Made by a program: the position numbers and the translations under genes
Part shown: positions 63,835-64,000 of the stretch, piece by piece
Position numbering within the stretch: position 1 is the first letter of the stretch
Layout of the letters: every line of letters starts with the position of its first letter
From: the human T2T-CHM13v2.0 reference genome, Homo sapiens
Assembly (NCBI RefSeq): GCF_009914755.1
Contig: NC_060942.1
Strand: one strand, 5' to 3'
Length of the DNA stretch: 64,000 nt
Notes under the pieces: model-generated
What the model was told of the DNA's origin: nothing
Database searches by the model: none
Seen by the model: the letters and a program-made list of their open reading frames with translations, nothing else

Positions 63835-64000
63835 CCATCATGCATTGCTTAACCACAAAGATATGTACTGAGAATATGTCCTTAGATGGATTCGTCATTG
63901 TGCAAACACCATAGCGTGTACTTACACAAACCTGAATGGTGTAGCCCACTACACACCTAGACTACAGGGTATGGCCTGTTATTCTTAGGCTACAAACCTG
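63835..64000 (+). mobile_element. Tigger3 (MER7/Golem) left end; runs off the window
   Basis: catgcattgcttaac...gtgtacttacacaaacct...ctacacacctag...taggctacaaacctg. Confidence 0.8.

Overview
This is human (hominin) genomic DNA, AT-rich and repeat-dense. It is intergenic or intronic: I could not identify any cellular protein-coding exon, RNA gene or CRISPR array. The only long ORF (11656-13794) is the C-terminal part of LINE-1 ORF2p in a young, 5'-truncated L1HS-Ta1 insertion. That insertion has a 15-bp TSD and a short 3' transduction (GGCCAAAACCTG) between two A-tails. Other recognisable elements: about 13 Alus, an antisense L1PA copy, older L1M/L2/MIR fossils, a full-length Tigger1, MER44/MER47/Tigger3/MER5/MER20/MER33 DNA transposons, an ERVL remnant (integrase, dUTPase, PPT, LTR16-like LTR), MLT1/MLT2 LTRs, and a MER61 solo LTR with p53 sites. 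I see no new multi-gene system. The most unusual structures are: (i) a TSD-flanked Alu split by a nested AluY and by a ~550-bp non-Alu insert carrying enhancer-like motifs; (ii) the L1 transduction tag; (iii) an 83-bp dispersed direct repeat; and (iv) a CpG-retaining ancient LTR with a ZNF143-type motif. Repeat names come from recalled consensus sequences, not a database search. Boundaries of old repeats are approximate.
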